A stretch of DNA of 64,000 bases from a virus, in IMG/VR virus record IMGVR_UViG_3300047554_000447, positions 1 to 64,000 of that record. One strand, 5' to 3'. Positions 55,694 through 64,000 of the stretch are shown here, piece by piece (positions within the stretch are counted from its first letter, which is position 1; the number at the start of each line of letters is the position of its first letter). A program made the position numbers and the translations under genes. The notes beneath the pieces were generated by a model. The model was not told where the DNA came from and ran no database searches. It worked only from the letters and a program-made list of their open reading frames with translations.

Positions 55694-55711
55694 TATTTAT
55701 AGGGTTAAATA
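55694..55711. promoter_or_regulatory. Back-to-back TAAATA late-promoter-like motifs
   Basis: TATTTA at 55694-55699 and TAAATA at 55706-55711 between divergent start codons. Confidence 0.6.
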
Positions 55712-55715
55712 CTAG

Positions 55716-56423
55716 ATGATAATATTTTTAATGACACTAGTGCTCACGCACATTACCATTGCCTGTGTTACACTTTATCTGCATCGCAGTCAAGCACACA
55801 GAGCAGTAGAATTTAATCCAGTAGTTGCACACTTTATGCGTTTTTGGCTGTGGCTAACTACAGGAATGGTTACAAAACAATGGGTTGCCATACACCGCAA
55901 ACACCATAGATTTACAGATCAAGAGGGAGATCCGCACAGTCCCTTAGTCTATGGCATCAAGCGTGTGTTCTTCAAAGGTGCCGGACTTTATCATTCCGCT
56001 AGTAAAGATCGCGAAATGGTGGAACAGTACGGTATAGGCACACCTAGTGACTGGATTGAACGGAATTTGTACAGCTCACATAGCCGCCTCGGTATTCTTC
56101 TAATGCTGATCATAGATCTACTGTTCTTTGGACCGTGGGGCTTAATAGTGTGGGCTGTACAAATGCTATGGATTCCGTTTTGGGCGGCTGGAGTAGTAAA
56201 CGGTATCGGACATTGGTGGGGATATCGCAACGGTGAAACTAAAGATGCTAGCCGTAACATCAGTCCTTGGGGCATTATTATTGGTGGTGAAGAATTGCAC
56301 AACAATCATCATCTTGCACCAGCTAGTGCTAAACTAAGTGCAAAACCCTGGGAATTTGATCTAGGATGGTTTTATATACGCACTTTAAGCCTGCTAGGTT
56401 TAGCAAAAGTGCGAACCAGCTAA
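55716..56423 (+). CDS. Membrane-bound fatty acid (delta-9-type) desaturase
   Basis: Three His boxes HRSQAH, HRKHH and HNNHH; DPHSP; WEFDLGW. Confidence 0.92.
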   Translation: MIIFLMTLVLTHITIACVTLYLHRSQAHRAVEFNPVVAHFMRFWLWLTTGMVTKQWVAIHRKHHRFTDQEGDPHSPLVYGIKRVFFKGAGLYHSASKDREMVEQYGIGTPSDWIERNLYSSHSRLGILLMLIIDLLFFGPWGLIVWAVQMLWIPFWAAGVVNGIGHWWGYRNGETKDASRNISPWGIIIGGEELHNNHHLAPASAKLSAKPWEFDLGWFYIRTLSLLGLAKVRTS

Positions 56424-56446
56424 ATATACTATAATGAGAGCGAGAT

Positions 56447-57025
56447 ATGGCATTACAGACTGTTAATCTAGGAACATACGCTAACGACGGCACAGGTGAC
56501 GATCTTCGCACGGCGTTTGAGAAAGTTAATTCTAATTTATCTGAACTTTTTGGTTCTTTGTATGGAGCTAACGTTGGTTCTACTCCACCAACTTCGGGCG
56601 TAGAAGAAGGCGAACTATGGTGGAACACAGTCGACGGGCGATTATACATACGTTACGGATCTGTATGGGTTGAAGCAAGCCCACGAGAAATACCCCCAGC
56701 ATCTATTAACAATCTAGTCGAGGATACTAGTCCTGAACTAGGAGGAAATTTAAACCTTAACGGGTTTAATATACAAGGAACTGGTTCTATCATTGGCGAG
56801 TTAACAGGTAATGCATCTACTGCATCTGCATGGGTAACTCCAAGAACATTAACTCTAGCTGGGGACGTCACTGGTTCAGCTACAGTCGACGGAAGTCAAA
56901 ATATCACATTAAATGCTACTGTAGTAGGTGGCACGGGCGGCGGAACTATTGAACTAGGTGGAGACCTAGACTTTGGTACATTTACCGAGCCTTTAGAATT
57001 TGCGCTAGATGCAGGAACATTTTAA
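56447..57025 (+). CDS. Baseplate/tail protein with a gp9-like N-terminus
   Basis: NLGTYANDGTGDDLRTAFEKVNSN, GELWWN, DTSPELGGNL. Confidence 0.75.
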   Translation: MALQTVNLGTYANDGTGDDLRTAFEKVNSNLSELFGSLYGANVGSTPPTSGVEEGELWWNTVDGRLYIRYGSVWVEASPREIPPASINNLVEDTSPELGGNLNLNGFNIQGTGSIIGELTGNASTASAWVTPRTLTLAGDVTGSATVDGSQNITLNATVVGGTGGGTIELGGDLDFGTFTEPLEFALDAGTF

Positions 57026-57042
57026 GGATTTAGGAGAACACA

Positions 57043-59082
57043 ATGGCTTTAAAAATTAGAAGAGGCCTTGAATCAGACAGATTAGGTTTTACACCTGCAG
57101 AAGGTGAGCTTCTCTATACTACTGATCAGAAAAGACTGTACGTCGGCGACGGTACCACTGCTGGCGGAACACTAGTCACAGGTAGTGGCGGAAGTGGTTA
57201 CATCAACACCGGAACTGCGGAACAATTAGCATTTTATCCTGTCAACGGTGCAGAAATTGATAGCGTAAGTGCAGTGACCTGGGATGGTGACGTACTTGAT
57301 GTCGATTCTCCGTTAACTGTTTCAGCTCTTGGTGCTGAAAAGTTAAGAATGTATGCTTATACCACAGATGCATTCATCGAAACTGCTACAGATATTGATT
57401 TAAGAATTAAATCAAGAGTCATCGATTTCGGTGACGAATCAGATAATACCAGTAACAGGATCAGAATCCTAAACGGTGCCTCCGGCGTTAGTCTAGCTTT
57501 TTTAAAGTCATCAGTTACTAGTGCAGAAACTCCAAGTTTACTCACTCTTAATAGATCAAGAGGAACGCTGAGCGCACCACTAACTGTTGCCAACGGCGAC
57601 AAACTATTTGATCTAAGATACACAGCTTTTGACGGTACAGATGATGTAGCTGTTAGTGCTGTACGAACTGAAGTGTCCGGAACAGTATCAACTGGTAAAG
57701 TACCAGGCAGATTGAGATTCTTAACTGCTAATGCAACCACTGGTGCGTTAACTACAGCATTTGTTGTTGAATCAGATCAGACTGTTAAGTTTACGCAGGG
57801 TGTTATATTCGACGCCGCACCTTCTGGTCTAGTGTTTACCAACACTGACGAGACACATAATCATTATTCTAGTAACTCATCTAGCCGCAACTTTACCTTT
57901 GCTAAACACAGAGGAAGTTCTAGCGCACCAACTACTGTTCAAAATAACGATACACTCTATACTGTTAGATTCCAGGGCTATGACGGAACAGCCTTGCAGA
58001 CTGCCGCGTTTATTAGAGGCGAAGTCAACGGTGCGCCAGGTACTGGTCGAGTCCCGGGAAGAATAAGATTCTCTACTACAGACATAAACGGTGTTACTGC
58101 GACTGCTATGGTTATTAATAATCAGCAGGATGTTTACATTACAAATAATGCTGTAGTTGGTGGTAACATTGATAACGGTCAAATTAGACTTAGCGGTAAT
58201 TACATATCAACTTATGTGTCAAATGCTAACTTAGAATTAAGAGCTAACGGTTCTGGAAAGGTTATCATTGAAGGACTACAATATCCAAACACAGACGGAA
58301 CCAATGGTCAAGTTCTTACCACTAACGGTGCTGGACTTTTATCGTGGACTAGTGTAAGTGGATCTGGAACTGGGTCGGTTACATTTACCGGATCAAATAT
58401 TGATACTACAGATTCTTCAGGTATTAGCTTTACACCGGCAGTAGTTTTTAATTCCGATGTTCTAGTCGATAATGATCTTAGAGTTTCTAATACAGTATAT
58501 GCAGAAGAATTCGTTAGCACATCTGTTGGTACTCCAGAAATTACATCAGCTACTACTATCGATCTAAATGCAGGTGTTGCTGTAAGAATTACTGGTGGAA
58601 CCTTAAGACTTAAGAGCTACAGTAGCACAGAAAGAAATGCGCTGGTTGCCGCAAACGGTGATGCAATCTATAACAGCACAACAAATGCAGTTGAATTTTA
58701 TCAAAACGGTGTATGGGGCGGACCGACTGCTTCATTAAGTGGAACCATTGTTATCACCGACGGTGGTGGTATTACTCTTGACGGTACTGGACCACATTTA
58801 ATCGGTGCTCTAGATGATTTAGAAATTTCATCAGGAACAAGTATTAGTTTAGTTTCTCTAGGTGTTATGAGTTTATCATCAGTCGGACCAATCGATATTG
58901 ATTCCGGCACTGGCAGCAATCCTATCACTATTAAGAGTGGACCACTAATTTTAGAAACATCTCTTCCTCCTGCAACAGCAAGTTCAACCGGAGTTCGAGG
59001 AACTATTGCATGGGATGCGGACTATGTCTATGTCTGTACTGCAACCAATACATGGAAACGTTCAGCACTAACAACTTGGTAA
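57043..59082 (+). CDS. Tail fibre protein with an Mtd-N/hyaluronidase-type N-terminus
   Basis: LKIRRG..PAEGEL.YTTD.KRLYVGDG; GQVLTTNG; C-terminal YVCTATNTWKR. Confidence 0.75.
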   Translation: MALKIRRGLESDRLGFTPAEGELLYTTDQKRLYVGDGTTAGGTLVTGSGGSGYINTGTAEQLAFYPVNGAEIDSVSAVTWDGDVLDVDSPLTVSALGAEKLRMYAYTTDAFIETATDIDLRIKSRVIDFGDESDNTSNRIRILNGASGVSLAFLKSSVTSAETPSLLTLNRSRGTLSAPLTVANGDKLFDLRYTAFDGTDDVAVSAVRTEVSGTVSTGKVPGRLRFLTANATTGALTTAFVVESDQTVKFTQGVIFDAAPSGLVFTNTDETHNHYSSNSSSRNFTFAKHRGSSSAPTTVQNNDTLYTVRFQGYDGTALQTAAFIRGEVNGAPGTGRVPGRIRFSTTDINGVTATAMVINNQQDVYITNNAVVGGNIDNGQIRLSGNYISTYVSNANLELRANGSGKVIIEGLQYPNTDGTNGQVLTTNGAGLLSWTSVSGSGTGSVTFTGSNIDTTDSSGISFTPAVVFNSDVLVDNDLRVSNTVYAEEFVSTSVGTPEITSATTIDLNAGVAVRITGGTLRLKSYSSTERNALVAANGDAIYNSTTNAVEFYQNGVWGGPTASLSGTIVITDGGGITLDGTGPHLIGALDDLEISSGTSISLVSLGVMSLSSVGPIDIDSGTGSNPITIKSGPLILETSLPPATASSTGVRGTIAWDADYVYVCTATNTWKRSALTTW

Positions 59083-59086
59083 TATT

Positions 59087-60646
59087 ATGGAAAAAGAATA
59101 CATTGTCAGTCTTAAAAAAGGTGTTGACTATGATGCATTTTGGAACGAGATTGAAAATGCATCAGACGAGGACGGGTTTGTTCCTAGTCGCAGAGTCGAT
59201 ATTGTAAACAATAGAGATGCTAGTCTGCGTAGTTGTCACTACGCTCTAACTGACAGTGAAGCAGAATTACTACGACAAGATCCAAGAGTATTTGGTGTTG
59301 AGATTCCGCCACAACAGCGTGACGATCTAGTTATTGGACACAATGCTAGACAGTCTTCAAATTTTACTAAAACAACCAGTGACAGTGGAAACTATGTCAA
59401 TTGGGGGTTAAGACGTTGTATTTCGCAGAGTAATCCCTACGGAACTTCTACAACAGTTTCCGGTGACTACACTTACACTCTCGACGGTACAGGCGTTGAT
59501 GTTGTCATCCACGATTCTGGACTGCAAGTCGATCATCCAGAATTCACAGATGCCAATGGTACAAGCAGAGTGCAATTAATAGATTGGTATTCTGCTAGCG
59601 GTGTATCTGGAACACAATCAGTTAATCACTATAGAGACTACGACGGACACGGAACACACGTTGGCGGAATCGTAGCTGGAAAAACCTACGGATGGGCCAA
59701 GAACGCTAGGATATATTCTTTAAAGGTCAATGGTTTAGAAGGCTCCGGTGATACAGGTACTGGTATTAGCATCACCGACTGTTTTGATGTTGTCAAATTA
59801 TGGCACAGAAATAAACCTGTCGATCCAGTCACTGGTTACAAAAGACCTACTATAGTAAACATGAGCTGGGGATATGGCTCGTATTTTTCTAACATCACGG
59901 GTGGTTCTTATAGAGGAGTCACATGGACTGGAACATCTAGAGACACTAGCAAAGGTATGATCGGTTCTTCCTCGTTATTTGGATACAGACACTCTGTAAG
60001 AGTTTCATCAGTTGATTCCGATCTACAGGAATTAATCGACGAAGGAGTCCATGTTTGTATTGCGGCAGGTAACAGTTATCAAAAGATAGATGTATCCGGA
60101 GGTCTTGACTACGACAACTATTATACTAGCTCTTTGTATGGCAATGTTTATTACCATAGAGGATCTAGTCCTTACAGTACAGAAGCATTTATGGTAGGCA
60201 GCATTGACTCTACTTCTTATTCCTCAGCATTAGATCAAAAGAGTGTGTTTAGCGAATCGGGTCCGGGCGTTGACATCTATGCGCCAGGTTCAGACATCAT
60301 GAGTTCTTGTAGCACCACTAATGCGTTTGGTGCATTATCGTATTACCTAAACAGTAGTTACAAACAAACAAACATCAGCGGAACTAGCATGGCTAGTCCT
60401 CAGGTCTGTGGTGTTGGCGCATTATACCTACAATTATATCCTCAGGCCAGCAATGAACAATTAAAGACACTAGTACACAATAGTACTGTTACTAGTACCA
60501 TGTATGATACTGGCCTAGACAATGATTATACTAATCAAAGATCTATACGAGGCGGTCCAACAAGATATCTTTACATGCCTTACAACAGCGAAGTCGGCGT
60601 AAGGACCTCTGGAAGTGTTTCCTTATTGAATATAAATTTTAGGTAA
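59087..60646 (+). CDS. Subtilisin-like S8 serine protease
   Basis: Triad motifs DSG, HGTHVGG and GTSMASP; oxyanion AAGN; N-terminal EYIVSLK prodomain. Confidence 0.92.
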   Translation: MEKEYIVSLKKGVDYDAFWNEIENASDEDGFVPSRRVDIVNNRDASLRSCHYALTDSEAELLRQDPRVFGVEIPPQQRDDLVIGHNARQSSNFTKTTSDSGNYVNWGLRRCISQSNPYGTSTTVSGDYTYTLDGTGVDVVIHDSGLQVDHPEFTDANGTSRVQLIDWYSASGVSGTQSVNHYRDYDGHGTHVGGIVAGKTYGWAKNARIYSLKVNGLEGSGDTGTGISITDCFDVVKLWHRNKPVDPVTGYKRPTIVNMSWGYGSYFSNITGGSYRGVTWTGTSRDTSKGMIGSSSLFGYRHSVRVSSVDSDLQELIDEGVHVCIAAGNSYQKIDVSGGLDYDNYYTSSLYGNVYYHRGSSPYSTEAFMVGSIDSTSYSSALDQKSVFSESGPGVDIYAPGSDIMSSCSTTNAFGALSYYLNSSYKQTNISGTSMASPQVCGVGALYLQLYPQASNEQLKTLVHNSTVTSTMYDTGLDNDYTNQRSIRGGPTRYLYMPYNSEVGVRTSGSVSLLNINFR

Positions 60647-60650
60647 AACA

Positions 60651-63005
60651 ATGGCACTGGCAATATGGACAGAAAAATCAGGATACAGCCTTGGAACTAT
60701 CAACGAACGAAGTGTTGTGGATCTAGCTTTACCGATAACCTATGAAAATACGTTTGACGACAGTAGCCTAGTTACCTTCCAAGTTATCACTGGATCTTTG
60801 CCGCCAGGACTTCGAATAGACGAAGATAGGATCGTTGGAACACCGTTTGAAGTTGCAAGGACAACTGATTTCAAATTTGTTATACGTGCTTCTTACAATG
60901 GTCAAATTTCAGACAGAACATTTATAATAACCATTGAAGGTCCAGACGAACCAGCATGGTTAACCGCTGACGGGTCGTTGCCCATTGGTCCAAATGATGC
61001 TTATTATATTTTAGATAGTTCATACATAGATTTCCAATTGTCAGTGATCGATCGAGACACTGCGGCCGGGCAAGAATTAAAATTTTTCATAGCCAGTGAT
61101 GACGGAGAATTACCTCCGGGTCTGGTATTAACAGATTCAGGAAGAATAGTTGGGTGGGTGCAGCCAGCACTAGCTATCGGCCTAAATGACGGTAACGGAT
61201 TCTTTGACACAGGTCTCTACGATACAGTTGCCTACGATTTCGGTTATAGATCATCAAACGGTTATGACAGTTATGTATATGATTTAAGCATCTATGATTT
61301 TAGCGCACCTAGTCAGAGTCCAAAAAAATTAAACAGAAACTACGAATTTATCGTCACAGTAACAGACGGTGATTCTGTAACAAAAAGAAAATTTAGAATA
61401 TATGTCGTCGGTGATGATTTCTTTAGAGCTGACAACGTTATCACTACTTCGGGAACAGGAGTATTTACTGCTGACATAACTTATGTACGTGCTCCTATAT
61501 GGGTGACTCCGGCGGATCTAGGAATTAGACGAGCTAACAATTACCAAACATTTAAATTAGAAACCTACGAAGACTTAGATCTAGGACCAGTTGTCTACTC
61601 TTTAGATACTACAAATCCAGATCTGACTGCTAGTCGATTGCCACCGGGTATGCAATTTGATCCTGGCTCAGCAGAAGTGTTCGGGGTGATTCCTTATCAA
61701 CCAGCGATCACTAAAACTTATAGATTTACCGTGACTGCAACACGCCTTAGCGAAACCGAAGAAGTTGCTATTAGTAAAAGAACGTTCACTGTTCAAGTCA
61801 TCGGTGAAGTCGATAGTGTGATGTCTTGGACTACTAGTGAAGATCTCGGATCCATTGGGGCTAACTACATCAGCAACTTATCTGTAACAGCTACCAGCAC
61901 TCTTGTAGATTCTGTGATTATCTATACTATACAAAGTGGATCTCTACCTCCAGGATTAACACTAAATCTCGACGGCGAAATCGTAGGTAAAGTGAATCAG
62001 TTTGGTTCTGTTGAAGATCCTGGAATAATTACTTTCGATGGCGGAGATCTAACCTTTGATGTAAACGAAACTACCTTTGACAAAGTTTATGTGTTTACGA
62101 TTTTAGCTAGAGACATCGCAGGCTATAGTGCTATATCACAGACATTTACTCTAACTATAGAAACACCCAACGATAGACTTTACAGCAATATCTTTACGAG
62201 ACCTTTCTTAAAACAAGATCAGAGAACCTTGTTTAAGTCGTTCATCACTGATGCTGATGTGTTTGACATCACCGCAATTTATAGACCAAGTGATCCGAAC
62301 TTTGGTGTGCAACCAGATTTAAAAATGTTAGTATATGGCGGTATCGAAACTAAAACTGCCGCACAGTATGTTTCAGTAATTGGCCAAAATCACAAGAAAA
62401 AACGATTTATATTCGGTGATATTAAAAAAGCCAAGGCTAATCTTCCAGGTACAACAGATACAGTCTACGAAGTGGTCTACATTGAAATGATCGACCCGCT
62501 AGAAAAAGACGGAGTATATCTAGATCCAGCGACTGCTACCGAATTTAGTCCTTTTGCTATCACTGTTGATCAGACTAATATATTCTACGGCGGCCCCTAT
62601 GATTATTCAATTAGGAACTGGGGCGAGCCAAAACCGTTTTCTGTAAGTGCAGATAGAAGCGACATGTTTGCAGGTGACCCAAAAACTATATTAAAACAGC
62701 CATCGAGTATTTCGTTATGGAGATATAGGATCGAGCAGTTAGGGCTAACTGAACGTAATTATCTACCTCTTTGGATGAGAACCATACAAGACGGTTCGGT
62801 CCAAGAACTTGGCTACACCCCAGCTATACCCCTATGCTACTGCAAACCAGGAAGAGCTGACGATATTATATTAAATATCAAGAATAAGGCTTTTGATTTT
62901 AGCCAAATTGACTACACCATTGACAGATACATAATAGATTCTGTCACCGGTGATAACACAGATAAATATCTCGTGTTTAGAAACGACAGGACAACAATAT
63001 CATGA
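60651..63005 (+). CDS. Virion protein with putative Ig-like (He_PIG) repeats
   Basis: Four (G)xLPPG(L/M) repeats each followed by beta-strand F...A motifs. Confidence 0.75.
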   Translation: MALAIWTEKSGYSLGTINERSVVDLALPITYENTFDDSSLVTFQVITGSLPPGLRIDEDRIVGTPFEVARTTDFKFVIRASYNGQISDRTFIITIEGPDEPAWLTADGSLPIGPNDAYYILDSSYIDFQLSVIDRDTAAGQELKFFIASDDGELPPGLVLTDSGRIVGWVQPALAIGLNDGNGFFDTGLYDTVAYDFGYRSSNGYDSYVYDLSIYDFSAPSQSPKKLNRNYEFIVTVTDGDSVTKRKFRIYVVGDDFFRADNVITTSGTGVFTADITYVRAPIWVTPADLGIRRANNYQTFKLETYEDLDLGPVVYSLDTTNPDLTASRLPPGMQFDPGSAEVFGVIPYQPAITKTYRFTVTATRLSETEEVAISKRTFTVQVIGEVDSVMSWTTSEDLGSIGANYISNLSVTATSTLVDSVIIYTIQSGSLPPGLTLNLDGEIVGKVNQFGSVEDPGIITFDGGDLTFDVNETTFDKVYVFTILARDIAGYSAISQTFTLTIETPNDRLYSNIFTRPFLKQDQRTLFKSFITDADVFDITAIYRPSDPNFGVQPDLKMLVYGGIETKTAAQYVSVIGQNHKKKRFIFGDIKKAKANLPGTTDTVYEVVYIEMIDPLEKDGVYLDPATATEFSPFAITVDQTNIFYGGPYDYSIRNWGEPKPFSVSADRSDMFAGDPKTILKQPSSISLWRYRIEQLGLTERNYLPLWMRTIQDGSVQELGYTPAIPLCYCKPGRADDIILNIKNKAFDFSQIDYTIDRYIIDSVTGDNTDKYLVFRNDRTTIS

Positions 63006-63577
63006 CAAGTGCTATTTCATACGAATCTATAGATGAAAATTACCCGGTAGCGGGACAAGACAATAACAGCCAAGGATTTAGGGATAATTTCTCTTATATC
63101 AAAGATGGCCTAGCTACTGCGGCTAGTGAGTTAACTGATCTTCAAACTAAATCGGTGCTGACAGCTGAATTAGGTGTCGACGGAGGCCCTGCTGCCAACG
63201 ACCTAAACGGGAGTATCATTTTTAATGTAGAAACTCGACAAGTGTACGGAACAGTAAGATCAGCCACTGATGACAATACTATTTCTCTAGCCGATGCAGA
63301 ATATCATCTATTGAGTTTTAATTCGTCGACAACGATAACACTTAGCGGTTGGCCAGTTGACGGATCTTTATGGACTAAGATTCGTTTAGAACTTAAAAAC
63401 ATTTCCTCGTCACCTGTAACCATTGACTTTACTGCTCCCGGCGGTGCGGCTATAAAAACCAATGCGGAATCTCTACCAATTGAACTAGCAGTGGGCGACA
63501 GCTCGTACTTTGTTGAAGCATGGTCTGCTGATAACGGTTCAACTGTGTTTATTAACTATATCGGCGAGTTTGTATAA
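63002..63577 (+). CDS. Putative structural protein
   Basis: IDENYPVAGQDNNSQGFRDNF N-terminus; TAAATA upstream at 62963. Confidence 0.65.
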   Translation: MTSAISYESIDENYPVAGQDNNSQGFRDNFSYIKDGLATAASELTDLQTKSVLTAELGVDGGPAANDLNGSIIFNVETRQVYGTVRSATDDNTISLADAEYHLLSFNSSTTITLSGWPVDGSLWTKIRLELKNISSSPVTIDFTAPGGAAIKTNAESLPIELAVGDSSYFVEAWSADNGSTVFINYIGEFV

Positions 63578-63807
63578 TGCATCCATTAGCTGAAGATTTT
63601 TCCAAATTAAAAGATGCTGAGATCGAATCAAGAATTCAAGATCTCAGCAAAAAATATTGGCAATCACACAATCCAGCTATTCAACAGCAGATCACTCTTT
63701 TCTTAGACATATACCAAGAAGAGTTACGATCTCGTAGAGCTAAACTTTGGCAACAAGAATTCCAAAAACGCGACAAAGGACTTGACGAACTGATCAAAGT
63801 CAACTAA
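63577..63807 (+). CDS. Small coiled-coil hypothetical protein
   Basis: TAATG-coupled 76 aa ORF. Confidence 0.65.
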   Translation: MHPLAEDFSKLKDAEIESRIQDLSKKYWQSHNPAIQQQITLFLDIYQEELRSRRAKLWQQEFQKRDKGLDELIKVN

Positions 63808-63810
63808 AAT
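63782..63810 (+). promoter_or_regulatory. sigma70-type promoter
   Basis: TTGACG-N17-TAAAAT. Confidence 0.55.
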
Positions 63811-63816
63811 AGTTAG

Positions 63817-64000
63817 ATGAAATCTGACTATTACAGTAATCCAATATTTCAAGACGCTGACATCTTTGAGTTATTATACAAGGGTGATCTCAATTCTCTT
63901 GGCAATATTATTGCAGATGCTAGTACCGATGTTGAGAAACTCAAAGAATTATCAGATATTAAACTAATACTGTCTACTCAAATACCCGACTCTGTTGATA
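63817..64000 (+). CDS. 5' part of a gene running off the window (MKSDYYSNPIFQDADIFELL...)
   Basis: Open frame from ATG 63817 to the window end, downstream of a promoter. Confidence 0.6.
   Translation, partial: MKSDYYSNPIFQDADIFELLYKGDLNSLGNIIADASTDVEKLKELSDIKLILSTQIPDSVD

Noticed and set aside
57043-59082. Diversity-generating retroelement suggested by the Mtd-like N-terminus
   Set aside because: No reverse transcriptase and no TR/VR repeat pair in the window; this N-terminal domain is a generic fibre anchor

Overview
This window is a gene-dense, AT-rich segment of a large, T4-like (myovirus-type) dsDNA bacteriophage genome in the standard genetic code, probably aquatic. The phage call rests on T4 gp9/gp10-type baseplate N-termini, very large tail/fibre proteins, many short hypothetical genes, consensus sigma70 promoters, and a recurrent TAAATA late-promoter-like motif. 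Layout: (1) 0.1-1.9 kb, a phosphoesterase plus P-loop kinase (split PNKP-like). (2) 1.9-14.3 kb, an unusual enzyme island built around a TctC/TctA tripartite tricarboxylate transporter, with a B12-radical SAM enzyme, two paralogous SAM methyltransferases, two paralogous HxD..H oxygenases, three or four sulfotransferase-fold proteins with a non-canonical P-loop, and a truncated adenylate-forming enzyme. (3) 14.4-25.9 kb, host-takeover genes: an AbrB/MazE-like protein, IF-1, ClpP, ATP-dependent DNA ligase, BI-1/YccA and a WYL_2 protein. (4) 25.9-36.7 kb, glycan and stress genes: SGNH hydrolase, Ugd, glycosyltransferases, QueD with a preQ1-riboswitch-like leader, a 2OG oxygenase, UvsE and SOD. 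(5) 36.7-64 kb, a tail/baseplate module with a subtilisin protease, interrupted by a QueC-like/desaturase insertion. No tRNA, rRNA, CRISPR array or IS element was seen. All product calls come from motif recognition by eye; no searches were run.
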